Shown: positions 10,438 through 18,823, counted from the first letter of the stretch. The stretch is 60,409 bases of DNA from Candidatus Pacearchaeota archaeon (GCA_018304025.1 JAGVXA010000002.1:1-60409), one strand, 5' to 3'. Made by a program: numbers and translations. The notes: a model not told the origin generated them from the letters alone.

Positions 10438-10716
10438 TTAATTCTTTTTCTTTTTGGAACTTTTTCCGTATTTAATTATTAGATACAATACAGAAGATGC
10501 CAATACAAGATTTATAGAATTAATTAAAATCATCGGACCATTGACTAATACAATGCCATAAATTAACCAAAGCAAAACGCCAGTTATATAAATAATATAT
10601 CTAGAAAGAGATAAATCTTTAGCTGACTTTGTTCTCCAACTTTTAAGGATTTGTGGAATGATTGAAATTAAAATTAAGAATCCTGCTGCATAACCTATCA
10701 AGTCTATTAATGGCAT
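10438..10716 (-). CDS. SemiSWEET / PQ-loop sugar transporter
   Basis: IPQILKSWRTKSAKDLS..LWLIYG..PMILIN, 3 TM, 92 aa. Confidence 0.9.
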   Translation of the reverse strand: MPLIDLIGYAAGFLILISIIPQILKSWRTKSAKDLSLSRYIIYITGVLLWLIYGIVLVNGPMILINSINLVLASSVLYLIIKYGKSSKKKKN

Positions 10717-10762
10717 AATTATCTGGAGAGTTGATGGATATAAAATACTTTGGATTTGATTT

Positions 10763-13069
10763 TTATTTAATTTCTTCGTCGGTGTTTTGTTGAGTATCTG
10801 GAGATTTGTTTCCCCATTTTGCTTTCTTCGCTTCCCATTCTTCCCGATTTTTTTTCACAATTTCGCAGTCTTTGTTGAAGCAAAATTCCCAGGGGCGCTT
10901 GCCTTTTCTTATTGCCAGCAATTTGGGCCAGCCGCAGGATTCGCAGATTTTTTCTGATTTTTTTATCAAGGCGTTTGGCGGGAGATAGTATGTGTTTTTG
11001 CATTCAGGATAACTTGAACAGCCGATGAAAGAACGCCTGATTTTTGGAGAATACATTATCCTCAGATTTCCTTTTTTGCAGACAGGACACTGGTTGAGCG
11101 TGTTATTTTCTCTTTCTATTTCTCTTTGGGATTCAATTCCTTTCATGATGTCTTTTCCGATTTGGATTTCTTTTGCCTTGAATTCTTTTGAAATATCTGT
11201 GATTAATCTTTCTGCTTTTTGGATGACTTGTGTTTCCTGCTTCAAGAAATCTGATTTTGAAGTTTGGATTTTCTCCATTTCTTCTTCCAACTGCCTTGTC
11301 AAGTTTTCGTCTATAATTATAGGAGAGTATTTTTCCAAAGATTCGATTAACTGCATCCCTAAATGTGTTGCCTGAATTGATTTGCCGTCGAGGTATCCCC
11401 TGTCAAATAAAGTGTCAACGATTGATGAGCGGGTTGCTTTTGTTCCGAGATTTTTCTTTTCAAGAATTGTTATCAAGGATGTTGGAGTAAATCTTTTTGG
11501 CGGCTGAGTTTCTTTTTCGATTATTTTTATTTCGTCTATGTTCACATCGCCGTTTAATGTCGGACAGTCTTTTTCTTCTAATGCCGCGGGATAAACTTGA
11601 GTCCATCCTTTATCTATTACCTTTAATCCAGATGATGTGAATGTTATTTTTGGATTTTCTTTTGCAGTTATTTTTACCCTTTTATTTTGTGTGACTGCAT
11701 CCGGAGAAAAAACCGAGATGAATCTTCTTGCTATGATGTTATAGATTTTTTCTTCCTGTTCTTTTAATTCTTTTTGAGGGAGCTCTCCAGTTGGGTAAAT
11801 TGAAGGATGCGCTGGGTCTGACTTTTGACCTTCAATTGGATTTTTTCTTGTTGCTAATTTTATCAAACCGGGGAATTGTTTTTCCAAAGACTTGAGAATT
11901 TCTTTTGGAGCAATTGCCTCTGGAATTTTTTGAGAAGATGTTCTCGGATAAGAGATTAATCCGTCTAAGTATAGTTTTTGGGCTGTGGCTAATGTTTGAG
12001 AAGGGGAGATTCTGTGGAGCCGGTATGCTTCTCTCTGGAGGGAAGTAAGATCAAACGGAACAGGAGGAGAAATATTTTCTTTTGTTTCTTTTGTAACTGC
12101 TGTGCCTTTTTTGATGTTCTTGAATTTTTCTAATTCTTCTTTTTTGAAAATATCTTCGGGATGCTTGAACTCGTGTCCGTTGGCTAACGCAAAAACCTGC
12201 CAAAACGGCTCTGGCTTGAAGATTGCAATTTCGTGCTCTCTATCGACGATTATTTTAAGCGCGGGGCCCTGAACTCTTCCAATTGACAAAATTTTGAAAG
12301 AGCCGGTTGTTTTTATTGCTGACATTAGCGCTCTTGAAAGATTTATTCCATAAAGCCAATCTAGAATGTGCCTTGTTTCTCCGGCGTACGCCTGCCCCCA
12401 ATCCGGCTCTGGCATGAGATTTTCGTAGGCACTTACTAATTCTTTTTTTGTCAGCGTGGAATATTTCATTCGTTTTGCTGTTTGTTTTCCGCAGATAAAT
12501 CTTAAAACATTCCAGCCGATGACTTCTCCTTCTATATCGTAGTCTGTTGCTATGACAAATTGCTCTGATTTTCTCGCGAGTTTTTTTAACACGTCAAGAT
12601 ATTTTTTTGTGAATGTTGCTGATTTTTTGTTGTAGGATGGTTCCCATTCTATTTTGAAAATTGGCCATCCTTTCTGCCCTTTTGAATATGTCAGATTGAA
12701 AAGATGCCCTACTGCTGACGCGACTATTATTTTTTTCCCGTCGTGAACTAATTCAAAATAAGAAACTCTGTCTGGCGAGGTGATTTTTTTTGAAGAGCCG
12801 AGTGCTTCGGCAATTTTTTGGGCTGCCTGCGGTTTTTCAGTTATTATCAGAATTGAGTCTTTGATGGGTTTTGAAATTTTTATTGGCTCAATTGTTGCTT
12901 TTTTTGATTTTCTCGGACGTTTTTTTTCTGCTGGAGATTCAAGATTTATTGGGACTGGCCTGCCCGGAGATTCAATTGTTGTTAATTCCTGGGTTGTTGG
13001 TTTTGGCCTTACTAGTTTTTCAACTGTTTGTTTTGATTCTGATATGGGGATGAAATTCTCAACTGCCAT
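10763..13069 (-). CDS. topA: Type IA DNA topoisomerase with C-terminal Zn ribbons
   Basis: ITEKP, VGHL, ATDYDIEGEVIG, SIGRVQGP, ISYPRT (catalytic Tyr), GTKATR; CPVC/CESC ribbons. Confidence 0.95.
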   Translation of the reverse strand: MAVENFIPISESKQTVEKLVRPKPTTQELTTIESPGRPVPINLESPAEKKRPRKSKKATIEPIKISKPIKDSILIITEKPQAAQKIAEALGSSKKITSPDRVSYFELVHDGKKIIVASAVGHLFNLTYSKGQKGWPIFKIEWEPSYNKKSATFTKKYLDVLKKLARKSEQFVIATDYDIEGEVIGWNVLRFICGKQTAKRMKYSTLTKKELVSAYENLMPEPDWGQAYAGETRHILDWLYGINLSRALMSAIKTTGSFKILSIGRVQGPALKIIVDREHEIAIFKPEPFWQVFALANGHEFKHPEDIFKKEELEKFKNIKKGTAVTKETKENISPPVPFDLTSLQREAYRLHRISPSQTLATAQKLYLDGLISYPRTSSQKIPEAIAPKEILKSLEKQFPGLIKLATRKNPIEGQKSDPAHPSIYPTGELPQKELKEQEEKIYNIIARRFISVFSPDAVTQNKRVKITAKENPKITFTSSGLKVIDKGWTQVYPAALEEKDCPTLNGDVNIDEIKIIEKETQPPKRFTPTSLITILEKKNLGTKATRSSIVDTLFDRGYLDGKSIQATHLGMQLIESLEKYSPIIIDENLTRQLEEEMEKIQTSKSDFLKQETQVIQKAERLITDISKEFKAKEIQIGKDIMKGIESQREIERENNTLNQCPVCKKGNLRIMYSPKIRRSFIGCSSYPECKNTYYLPPNALIKKSEKICESCGWPKLLAIRKGKRPWEFCFNKDCEIVKKNREEWEAKKAKWGNKSPDTQQNTDEEIK

Positions 13070-13137
13070 TTTATCGATAGAAATGGGAGGTTTTTAAAGG
13101 TTATAGATTTTTGGGGTTTAGCGCAAGAACAAGCAAT

Positions 13138-13392
13138 TTACTTTTTGATGTGCTGTTTGAAATCATTAGCTAAACTTTTGAACTGATTAGATAAATGATT
13201 ATGTGAAGAAATTAATCTTGCCAAAGACAGCCCGATGGTAAAAACGCAGCCGAGATTAAAAATTAAAAGCGAAATAATAATGTCTTCTGTAGTCCATGAA
13301 CCGCCGAGTATTCTTTTTATTATTTGGTAGACGATGAAAAATCCGAAGAGAATTAATATTGTTATTAGGATATTTTCAACTGTCTTTTTCAT
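13138..13392 (-). CDS. Small two-TM membrane protein
   Basis: 84 aa, two hydrophobic segments and a coiled-coil tail. Confidence 0.65.
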   Translation of the reverse strand: MKKTVENILITILILFGFFIVYQIIKRILGGSWTTEDIIISLLIFNLGCVFTIGLSLARLISSHNHLSNQFKSLANDFKQHIKK

Positions 13393-13394
13393 TG

Positions 13395-13475
13395 TTATTT
13401 AACTAAGAGCCAAACTATAAGCGCGATTATAACCAAGGCAATTATCCAGAGAAGATATTTGAGATTGTTTTTCAT
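13395..13475 (-). CDS. 26-aa single-TM microprotein MKNNLKYLLWIIALVIIALIVWLLVK (not in ORF track)
   Basis: ATG 22 nt after gaaaagcTTTTATA; stop 2 nt before the next ATG. Confidence 0.55.
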   Translation of the reverse strand: MKNNLKYLLWIIALVIIALIVWLLVK

Positions 13476-13512
13476 TTATTAAATAGGAGAAGATTGTATA
13501 AAAGCTTTTCTT

Positions 13513-13676
13513 TTCGGCACGCGATTGCTGTTTGACAATTTTGTGCGGCTGTCAAACAGTTATTTATTTACAAAATTACTTCGTTTTCGGCGCGAATTGT
13601 CGTGACAATTCGTTATCGGTTTGAAAATTTGCTTCGCAAATTTTCTGCGCGCCGAAAATAATTTTGTTGGCGTGCC
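13513..13676. repeat. REP/MITE-like element carrying the nested 75-bp element (13584-13658)
   Basis: Near-identical to 8993-9158; the insert-free form is at 57842-57933. Confidence 0.9.
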
Positions 13677-13680
13677 TAAT

Positions 13681-14289
13681 TCAGATTTCAATAATTTTTC
13701 CTTTTCTGCCGACGTTAATCACTTTTGTTTCGTTGATTTTTTCTTCAATGCCTTCGCCTTCGTGGATGTGCCCGTGGATTAGAATTTCCGGCTTGAATTT
13801 TTTAATTGCTTTTCTGACTGATTCTGAACCTGGAATTCCTGAGAATTCTGAATAGCTTTCTGCTGGATGCTGGTGCGTTACCATAATTTTTTTTTCTATT
13901 CCCTTTAATCCGTCGTGCGCTTTTTTTAATGTTTCAAATAATTCTTTTTCTGTTATCCTTCCGGGGCCGGGGCCTTCTGCTCCGCCTGCTCCGAAAAATC
14001 CGACGTTTTCATAAATTGCGGAATAGCCGTGTATGTTTTTCACACCGTATAAATTTGCGAGAAAGTCGGTTGTTGCGAACGAGTCCCAGTTTCCGGGGAT
14101 TATCAAAACTCTTTTTTTCTTGTCTTTGAACGGCTTGATTATATTTTTTGTTTCTGTCCAGCCGGTGTTGTCGCCGCATAAAACTACTAAATCGACGTTT
14201 TCTTTTTCTGCTTTTTCTGCGAGTTTCTTGACTGTTTTTGAGTCGCCGTGCGTGTCTGATGCTGCGAGAATTTTCAGTTTCTTTGCCAT
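13681..14289 (-). CDS. Calcineurin-like metallophosphoesterase
   Basis: SDTH, GD, PGNWD, H, HGHIHE motifs. Confidence 0.9.
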   Translation of the reverse strand: MAKKLKILAASDTHGDSKTVKKLAEKAEKENVDLVVLCGDNTGWTETKNIIKPFKDKKKRVLIIPGNWDSFATTDFLANLYGVKNIHGYSAIYENVGFFGAGGAEGPGPGRITEKELFETLKKAHDGLKGIEKKIMVTHQHPAESYSEFSGIPGSESVRKAIKKFKPEILIHGHIHEGEGIEEKINETKVINVGRKGKIIEI

Positions 14290-14339
14290 GTTCTTTACTA
14301 GAGAATCAGATTTATAAGTGTTGGTTTTTTAATTAGAGA

Positions 14340-14921
14340 ATGAAAAAGAGAGGGATGTCAGCTTTTGGCGTTGTTTTAATTATTTTGATTTTTGTTCTTG
14401 CTGGATTAATTGTTATGGGGATAGTTTTATATTCTTCTTCTAAGGAAAAAGATTATACTGAGATTTATTCTGAAAGAAATGCTTCGGGAAATTTTGTTAA
14501 TCCTGCGGCGAGTTTGACGAATGAAGAAGCGATTGCAGCGTTTGACGAGAGTTTTGTTTATTACCTTCTTGTGAATATTAAAGCTTATAATTTGCATGAA
14601 CCTTTGGCAAGTTCGGACACGCCGAAAATTGAACTTTACATTGGAGAAGATATTTTTAATGCAGAAGTGAAAGACGGAGAAATTGATGTTAATGGCGGTG
14701 AAATTGAAGGAGAGGATATAATTATTCGAACTTCGAAGGAAGAAGCTGTTGAGATGACGAGAGAAAAAAATTATATCAAGAGTTCTTTTGAGAACGGCAA
14801 GTCCAGCATAGAACTTGTTTCTGGGAAGACCGAGCTCTTTTCAAAAGGTTATTTGAAACTTTATACTGAATTGACCGGAAAGAGTTTTACCGGGAGCGCT
14901 ATTAAAAGATTTTTTTCTTAG
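14340..14921 (+). CDS. Membrane-anchored protein, possible SCP2-like lipid-binding domain
   Basis: N-terminal TM; FNAEVKDGEIDV..EDIIIRTS pattern resembles SCP2 folds (inference). Confidence 0.6.
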   Translation: MKKRGMSAFGVVLIILIFVLAGLIVMGIVLYSSSKEKDYTEIYSERNASGNFVNPAASLTNEEAIAAFDESFVYYLLVNIKAYNLHEPLASSDTPKIELYIGEDIFNAEVKDGEIDVNGGEIEGEDIIIRTSKEEAVEMTREKNYIKSSFENGKSSIELVSGKTELFSKGYLKLYTELTGKSFTGSAIKRFFS

Positions 14922-14927
14922 TTAGGC

Positions 14928-15117
14928 TTTGTTGAAAATTTTTTGTTTGGAGTTATCTTGCCCCCACCCACTCGCGATCACGTTCGTCATTTGCTTTTTT
15001 TTACTCGAACGTGATGCGCTCGCCCCGCCCTGCTTGTCCAAATATTCTTCGTTGTCGCTCAGAATATTTGGCAATTTAGTGCAAGATAACTTATTCGTTT
15101 TTAACTTTTTCAACAAA
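14928..15117. other. Structured intergenic element (long closing stem plus two hairpins)
   Basis: Paired arms tttgttgaaaa/ttttcaacaaa, agttatcttgc/gcaagataact, atcacgttcg/cgaacgtgat, ccaaatattct/agaatatttgg. Confidence 0.7.
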
Positions 15118-15235
15118 AATTCTTAGTTGTCTCTTTGAAAGAGAGGCGGGCTTTTGCTACTTTTTTGGATGACAGGAGTGGAGAAAGATTTAAAAGTCAT
15201 GCATGAAGTGTAATATATAGGTTGGAAAATATAAC

Positions 15236-15520
15236 ATGATAGGAGAAAAAACAAAAGAAAATTTTGACATCTTTTTCAGAAGAAAGCCGGCGCTGATGCT
15301 GGTTGCTTTGAAGAAGATTGCACGCGCCCGTTATGGCTCGATTTTAGCAAAGGAAGTTGACTGCACTTATTCTCATGCTGTTAAGATTTTGCAGAGCTTG
15401 GAAAGACTGGGGCTGGTTGTTTTTGAGAAGAAAGGGAGAATTAAGCTGATTAAATTGACTAAGAAAGGACAGGAAATTGCAGAGAATATTGAGAATATTA
15501 AGAAGTTGATTGCTAGTTAA
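15236..15520 (+). CDS. Winged-helix (MarR-like) DNA-binding protein
   Basis: LAKEVDCTYSHAVKILQSLERLGLV..GRIKLIKLTKKG. Confidence 0.85.
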   Translation: MIGEKTKENFDIFFRRKPALMLVALKKIARARYGSILAKEVDCTYSHAVKILQSLERLGLVVFEKKGRIKLIKLTKKGQEIAENIENIKKLIAS

Positions 15521-15560
15521 TTCTTTTTTTGAATAATTTTTCGTATATAAAATATATTTG

Positions 15561-15645
15561 TTTTCTGGCCGAATTGGACGCCAATTGCGGAGGCTGGCGT
15601 CTTATTTGTTTGAAAATTCACTTCGTGAATTTTCCGCGCGCCGAA
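15561..15645. repeat. Single REP-like element
   Basis: aattg + gacgcca..tggcgtc + ttat + gaaaattcac-ttc-gtgaattttc + cgcgccgaa. Confidence 0.8.
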
Positions 15646-15693
15646 TTAACTTGTTAAAAAATCTCATTGACTCACTCTTGTTGCGACGAGCAA

Positions 15694-15764
15694 TGATCCC
15701 GCTAATCGAATTCTTTCTGAATTCTCAAACAAACGCTGCAATAACATCGTTCGAGGGATTTGAA
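15694..15764 (-). repeat. Duplicated 3' end of tRNA-Ile interrupted by a 51-nt insert
   Basis: Minus strand TTCAAATCCC (15764-15755) + 51 nt (15754-15704) + AGCGGGATCA (15703-15694), matching the tRNA 3' 20 nt. Confidence 0.85.
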
Positions 15765-15797
15765 GCTCACTGCGGTGCTCCTCGCTACGGCAGGCGA

Positions 15798-15892
15798 TGA
15801 TCCCGCTGGGATTTGAACCCAGGACCTCTGCCTTTCTGATAATTTTTATGTAATATCAGAGCAGCGCTCTAACCAGGCTGAGCTACGGAATC
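15798..15892 (-). tRNA. tRNA-Ile(GAT) with a 20-nt canonical 37/38 intron (15834-15853)
   Basis: Acceptor GATTCCG/CGGGATC-A; anticodon arm CTGCT-CTGATA^A-GGCAG; T-arm CTGGG-TTCAAAT-CCCAG; BHB helix CTGA/TCAG. Confidence 0.93.
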
Positions 15893-15894
15893 TT

Positions 15895-15967
15895 GAGACT
15901 CTAAGCGAAGCGTGGTTTTGAGTCCTTTCTTTCTTGGACGATTAACCAGGCTGAGCTACGGAATCTT
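15895..15967 (-). repeat. Upstream duplicate of the tRNA-Ile 5' end plus fold-back insert
   Basis: 15943-15967 identical to 15870-15894 (25 nt); spacer ATCGTCCAAGAAAGAAAGGACTCAAAACCACGCTTCGCTTAGAGTCTC. Confidence 0.88.
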
Positions 15968-15987
15968 AGAGTTCTAACAAAATCTGC

Positions 15988-15997
15988 TTTTATAAAA
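15988..15997 (-). promoter_or_regulatory. TATA box for the tRNA-Ile locus
   Basis: TTTTATAAAA ending 23 nt before G1 of the upstream duplicate fragment. Confidence 0.55.
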
Positions 15998-16040
15998 TTA
16001 TCCCAAACAATTATTAATCTTAAAATTTAACAAATAACGG

Positions 16041-16112
16041 GCGTCGTTAGTCTAGTGGTTAAGATACGAGCTTCCCAAGCTTGTGACGCGAGTTCAATTC
16101 TCGCACGGCGCA
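16041..16112 (+). tRNA. tRNA-Gly(CCC)
   Basis: GCGTCGT/ACGGCGC-A acceptor; CGAGC-TTCCCAA-GCTTG; GCGAG-TTCAATT-CTCGC. Confidence 0.95.
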
Positions 16113-16177
16113 TTTTCTTTCACCGCAGAAAATTTTCATACAGAAAAACTTTATAACCCTTTTCGCTTAATAATGTC

Positions 16178-16624
16178 ATGGAAAAAAGAGCTCTAAGTCA
16201 AGTCATCGCAACTCTCCTTCTGGTATCTGTGTCTCTTACCCTCGCTGTGATAATTATCGCTTGGGCAAGAAGTGATATTTTTTCATTAAGTCCGCAAATC
16301 GACGCGGAATGCAGCGAAATTTATTTTGAATCGGAAATCCTTAAAATAGACGGAACAGATTATCTTTTTGCCGTTAACCTCGGCAACGTCAATATAATCG
16401 GCTTCCAAATCAATGTGATAGAAACAGATATGATTGAAAATAAAGAGAGTGTAGAAACAGAACTTCCTCCCGGAAAATCTCGCGAAATAAAGCTAAATTC
16501 AGTTTATTTAGAAGACAAGGAATTTTTGGTAGTGCCAATTATCGCAGCAAAAAAAATTGACAAAGAAATTCCTCTGACTTGTCCTGAAACTTACGGCCAA
16601 ACAATTGAGACGCCACATTCCTAA
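16178..16624 (+). CDS. Archaeal type IV pilin-like protein
   Basis: Class III signal MEKRA|LSQVIATLLLV, NLGN motif, Cys pair. Confidence 0.8.
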   Translation: MEKRALSQVIATLLLVSVSLTLAVIIIAWARSDIFSLSPQIDAECSEIYFESEILKIDGTDYLFAVNLGNVNIIGFQINVIETDMIENKESVETELPPGKSREIKLNSVYLEDKEFLVVPIIAAKKIDKEIPLTCPETYGQTIETPHS

Positions 16625-16655
16625 TCTTTAAAAATGCATTTTTCCTAAAACTAAG

Positions 16656-17222
16656 ATGGACTCGCTAAAAAAATTTTGGAAATTTTTGAATGAAGACAGC
16701 TGGCAATCCTGGCTGGTTTCTTTGGTGTTAATAGTCGTAATAATAAAATTTATCTTTTTTCCGGCGCTTTCTTTCATAACGCAAACGCCGCTGCCTCTTG
16801 TCGTCGTGGAATCCTGCTCAATGTACCACGAATCAAATTTTGAAGATTGGTGGGAAAAAAATTCCGGCTGGTACGAATCTAAAGAAATTGCTTACGAAGA
16901 ATTTAAAGAATTTCCTTTTAGGTCTGGGCTGAACAAGGGAGATATAATTTTTGTCTGGGGCAGAAGCGAATATAATTTAGGAGATATAATAATTTTTGAT
17001 GCAGGGGGAGAATATGCCAAGCCGATAATTCACAGATTAATAAGCACGAATCCTTATTCAACAAAAGGAGACCACAATCCTTCTCAGGCGTCTTTTGAGA
17101 CAAATATTCCTGATGAGAATTTACTTGGAAAGTCTTTATTTAAAATTCCTTTGGCTGGATGGGTAAAACTAATTTTCTTTGAACCGTTTCAGCCGCCGCA
17201 AAATAGAGGTCTTTGCAATTAG
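16656..17222 (+). CDS. Signal peptidase I (Sec11/S26B type)
   Basis: VVESCSMYH, KGDIIF, IIHR, TKGDHN. Confidence 0.9.
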   Translation: MDSLKKFWKFLNEDSWQSWLVSLVLIVVIIKFIFFPALSFITQTPLPLVVVESCSMYHESNFEDWWEKNSGWYESKEIAYEEFKEFPFRSGLNKGDIIFVWGRSEYNLGDIIIFDAGGEYAKPIIHRLISTNPYSTKGDHNPSQASFETNIPDENLLGKSLFKIPLAGWVKLIFFEPFQPPQNRGLCN

Positions 17223-17370
17223 TCGCTAATTCATATCGCTCGATATTTTTCGAAAGAGGACGCCAGCAATTTTCTGCGCAATGAGCAATTGCCTTAACAA
17301 ACAGTTACTATTAAAAAGTGTTACAAGAATATAAATAATCTTGTTTCCATTAAGCCCTAAATAATTTAAA

Positions 17371-17679
17371 ATGGAATTTTGTGAGCGATGCGGTGGAATG
17401 ATTCTGGTAAAAAATGATAAGGCGACTTGTGTTAGTTGCGGTCATAAACAAAAAAAGAAACCGCATATTAAAGCGGCGGAAAAAATAACGCAGCAGGAAA
17501 CAGTGGCTGTTATTAAAGAAGAGCAAGGCAATACAAACCCGATAGTTGAAATGAAATGCCCTAAATGCGGGCACAAAAAAGCATATTTCTGGACGATGCA
17601 AACTCGGTCGAGCGACGAGTCGGAAACTAAGTTCTATAAGTGCACGGCGTGCAAGCATACTTGGAGAAAATACAGGTAA
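17371..17679 (+). CDS. tfs: Transcription factor S (TFS/RpoM)
   Basis: MEFCERCG, CPKCGH, QTRSSDESETKFYKC. Confidence 0.95.
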   Translation: MEFCERCGGMILVKNDKATCVSCGHKQKKKPHIKAAEKITQQETVAVIKEEQGNTNPIVEMKCPKCGHKKAYFWTMQTRSSDESETKFYKCTACKHTWRKYR

Positions 17680-17957
17680 TGAAAAGAAAGACTAAAGTTA
17701 AAGCGAAGAGATTTCTTATCAACTGGAAAGGAAAATTAATTATATTAATTTATTCTGTCTTATTTTTTGCAGGCATAATTAATTATATTCTTCTTAATCA
17801 GCCTTATTTTCCAGCAGATACACTAATAGGACTTTTGTTATTGGTTCTTCTTTTTGCTTCATTAATTTTTTGCATAATCGCGATAATCTGGCTTTGTTTA
17901 AGAAAGGGTTCTGAAAGAGCCCCAAGGTATTTTTCAGGGACAAGTGTTCCATCATAA
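17679..17957 (+). CDS. Small two-TM membrane protein
   Basis: ATG overlaps the tfs stop (TAATG); two hydrophobic segments. Confidence 0.6.
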   Translation: MKRKTKVKAKRFLINWKGKLIILIYSVLFFAGIINYILLNQPYFPADTLIGLLLLVLLFASLIFCIIAIIWLCLRKGSERAPRYFSGTSVPS

Positions 17958-17973
17958 TTTTGATTTACCAATC

Positions 17974-17981
17974 TTTAAAAA
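17974..17981 (+). promoter_or_regulatory. TATA box for the tRNA-Lys locus
   Basis: TTTAAAAA ~29 nt before G1 of the upstream duplicate fragment (18010). Confidence 0.55.
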
Positions 17982-18007
17982 CCATTTCAATCTTCTTTAC
18001 TTGTCGA

Positions 18008-18083
18008 ATGGCCTCGTAGCTCAGTCTGGTAATCGTCCAGGAAGGAAAGGACTCAAACCAGTCTTCGCTATTGTGCCGTCAAC
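18008..18083 (+). repeat. Upstream duplicate of the tRNA-Lys 5' end plus fold-back insert
   Basis: 18008-18031 identical to 18084-18107 (24 nt); spacer ATCGTCCAGGAAGGAAAGGACTCAAACCAGTCTTCGCTATTGTGCCGTCAAC is homologous to the Ile spacer. Confidence 0.88.
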
Positions 18084-18085
18084 AT

Positions 18086-18159
18086 GGCCTCGTAGCTCAG
18101 TCTGGTAGAGCACTGGACTCTTAATCCAGGTGTCGTGGGTTCAAATCCCATCGGGGTCA
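18086..18159 (+). tRNA. tRNA-Lys(CTT)
   Basis: GGCCTCG/CGGGGTC-A; CTGGA-CTCTTAA-TCCAG; GTGGG-TTCAAAT-CCCAT. Confidence 0.95.
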
Positions 18160-18204
18160 TATGATATTGAGTGAAACGAAATATTATTAATCCAAAAATG
18201 ATTT

Positions 18205-18330
18205 GTTCAAATCCCTCACTCGACCACACTTGGGCGAGTGAATGAGAATTCTGAAGGAATTCACTTATCGGGGTCACTGAACCAATGTCGCCCAAGCGTG
18301 GTCAGTCTGGTGGTCGACATATGGGTCACT
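18205..18330 (+). repeat. Duplicated 3' end of tRNA-Lys interrupted by a 51-nt insert, followed by a further hairpin ending in a third gggtca
   Basis: GTTCAAATCCC 18205-18215 + 51 nt (18216-18266) + ATCGGGGTCA 18267-18276; gggtcact again at 18323-18330. Confidence 0.85.
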
Positions 18331-18390
18331 CACTTAAAGAACATTCTGACAAAGAGAAAAGTTTAAAATGCCTTTGCAAGTAAAATTTAT

Positions 18391-18765
18391 ATGGGAGAAC
18401 CACCAAAAATAGATTGGCTCTTGGTTTTAACGAGAGTATTCATTTTTATAATAATAGCTCCACTTATTTATTTGTCTTTCGATACAATATTAGGTAAATT
18501 TTTTCTTATGCTATATATAATTTCTCTGATTTTCTTTGTTATCTTTTTAGTTTCTTCGAGATATCGAGATTGGGGGGAGAGGAATAAAAGTTCTAACTAC
18601 TTTGTTGTATACTTTGTAATAATCTCGGTAATTGCAGGAGTTATTTCATATTCCGGAAAAAATTTTAATTTTTTTAGTGTATTAGAATTTATTTTTTTTG
18701 TTCTTGTTTTTATTTTACTCCACTTTCTTTTCATTTTATTATTAAAAAACCAAATAAAAAATTAA
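18391..18765 (+). CDS. Four-TM membrane protein
   Basis: Hydrophobic 124-aa ORF with BRE/TATA upstream. Confidence 0.7.
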   Translation: MGEPPKIDWLLVLTRVFIFIIIAPLIYLSFDTILGKFFLMLYIISLIFFVIFLVSSRYRDWGERNKSSNYFVVYFVIISVIAGVISYSGKNFNFFSVLEFIFFVLVFILLHFLFILLLKNQIKN

Positions 18766-18823
18766 ATGTTCCGAAAAGATAATGGTGGCTTTTTATTACT
18801 TATCTGAGGGGTACTTTGTTGTA

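Noticed and set aside
14928-15117. SRP RNA or RNase P RNA
   Set aside because: No SRP helix-8 motif or RNase P P4 consensus recognised; too short and AT-rich
17224-17310. Possible degenerate REP-like copy
   Set aside because: Only short fragments (ggacgcca, aattttctgcgc, aaacagtta) match; arms cannot be paired
18008-18083. Hammerhead ribozyme in the tRNA leader (GTCC..GGAC stem)
   Set aside because: The required CUGANGA and GAAA core is absent on both strands
15694-18330. Split or permuted tRNA genes, or extra tRNA copies
   Set aside because: Complete genes are adjacent, the fragments lack anticodon arms, and no clear BHB motif is seen at fragment junctions; only RNA data could fully exclude this
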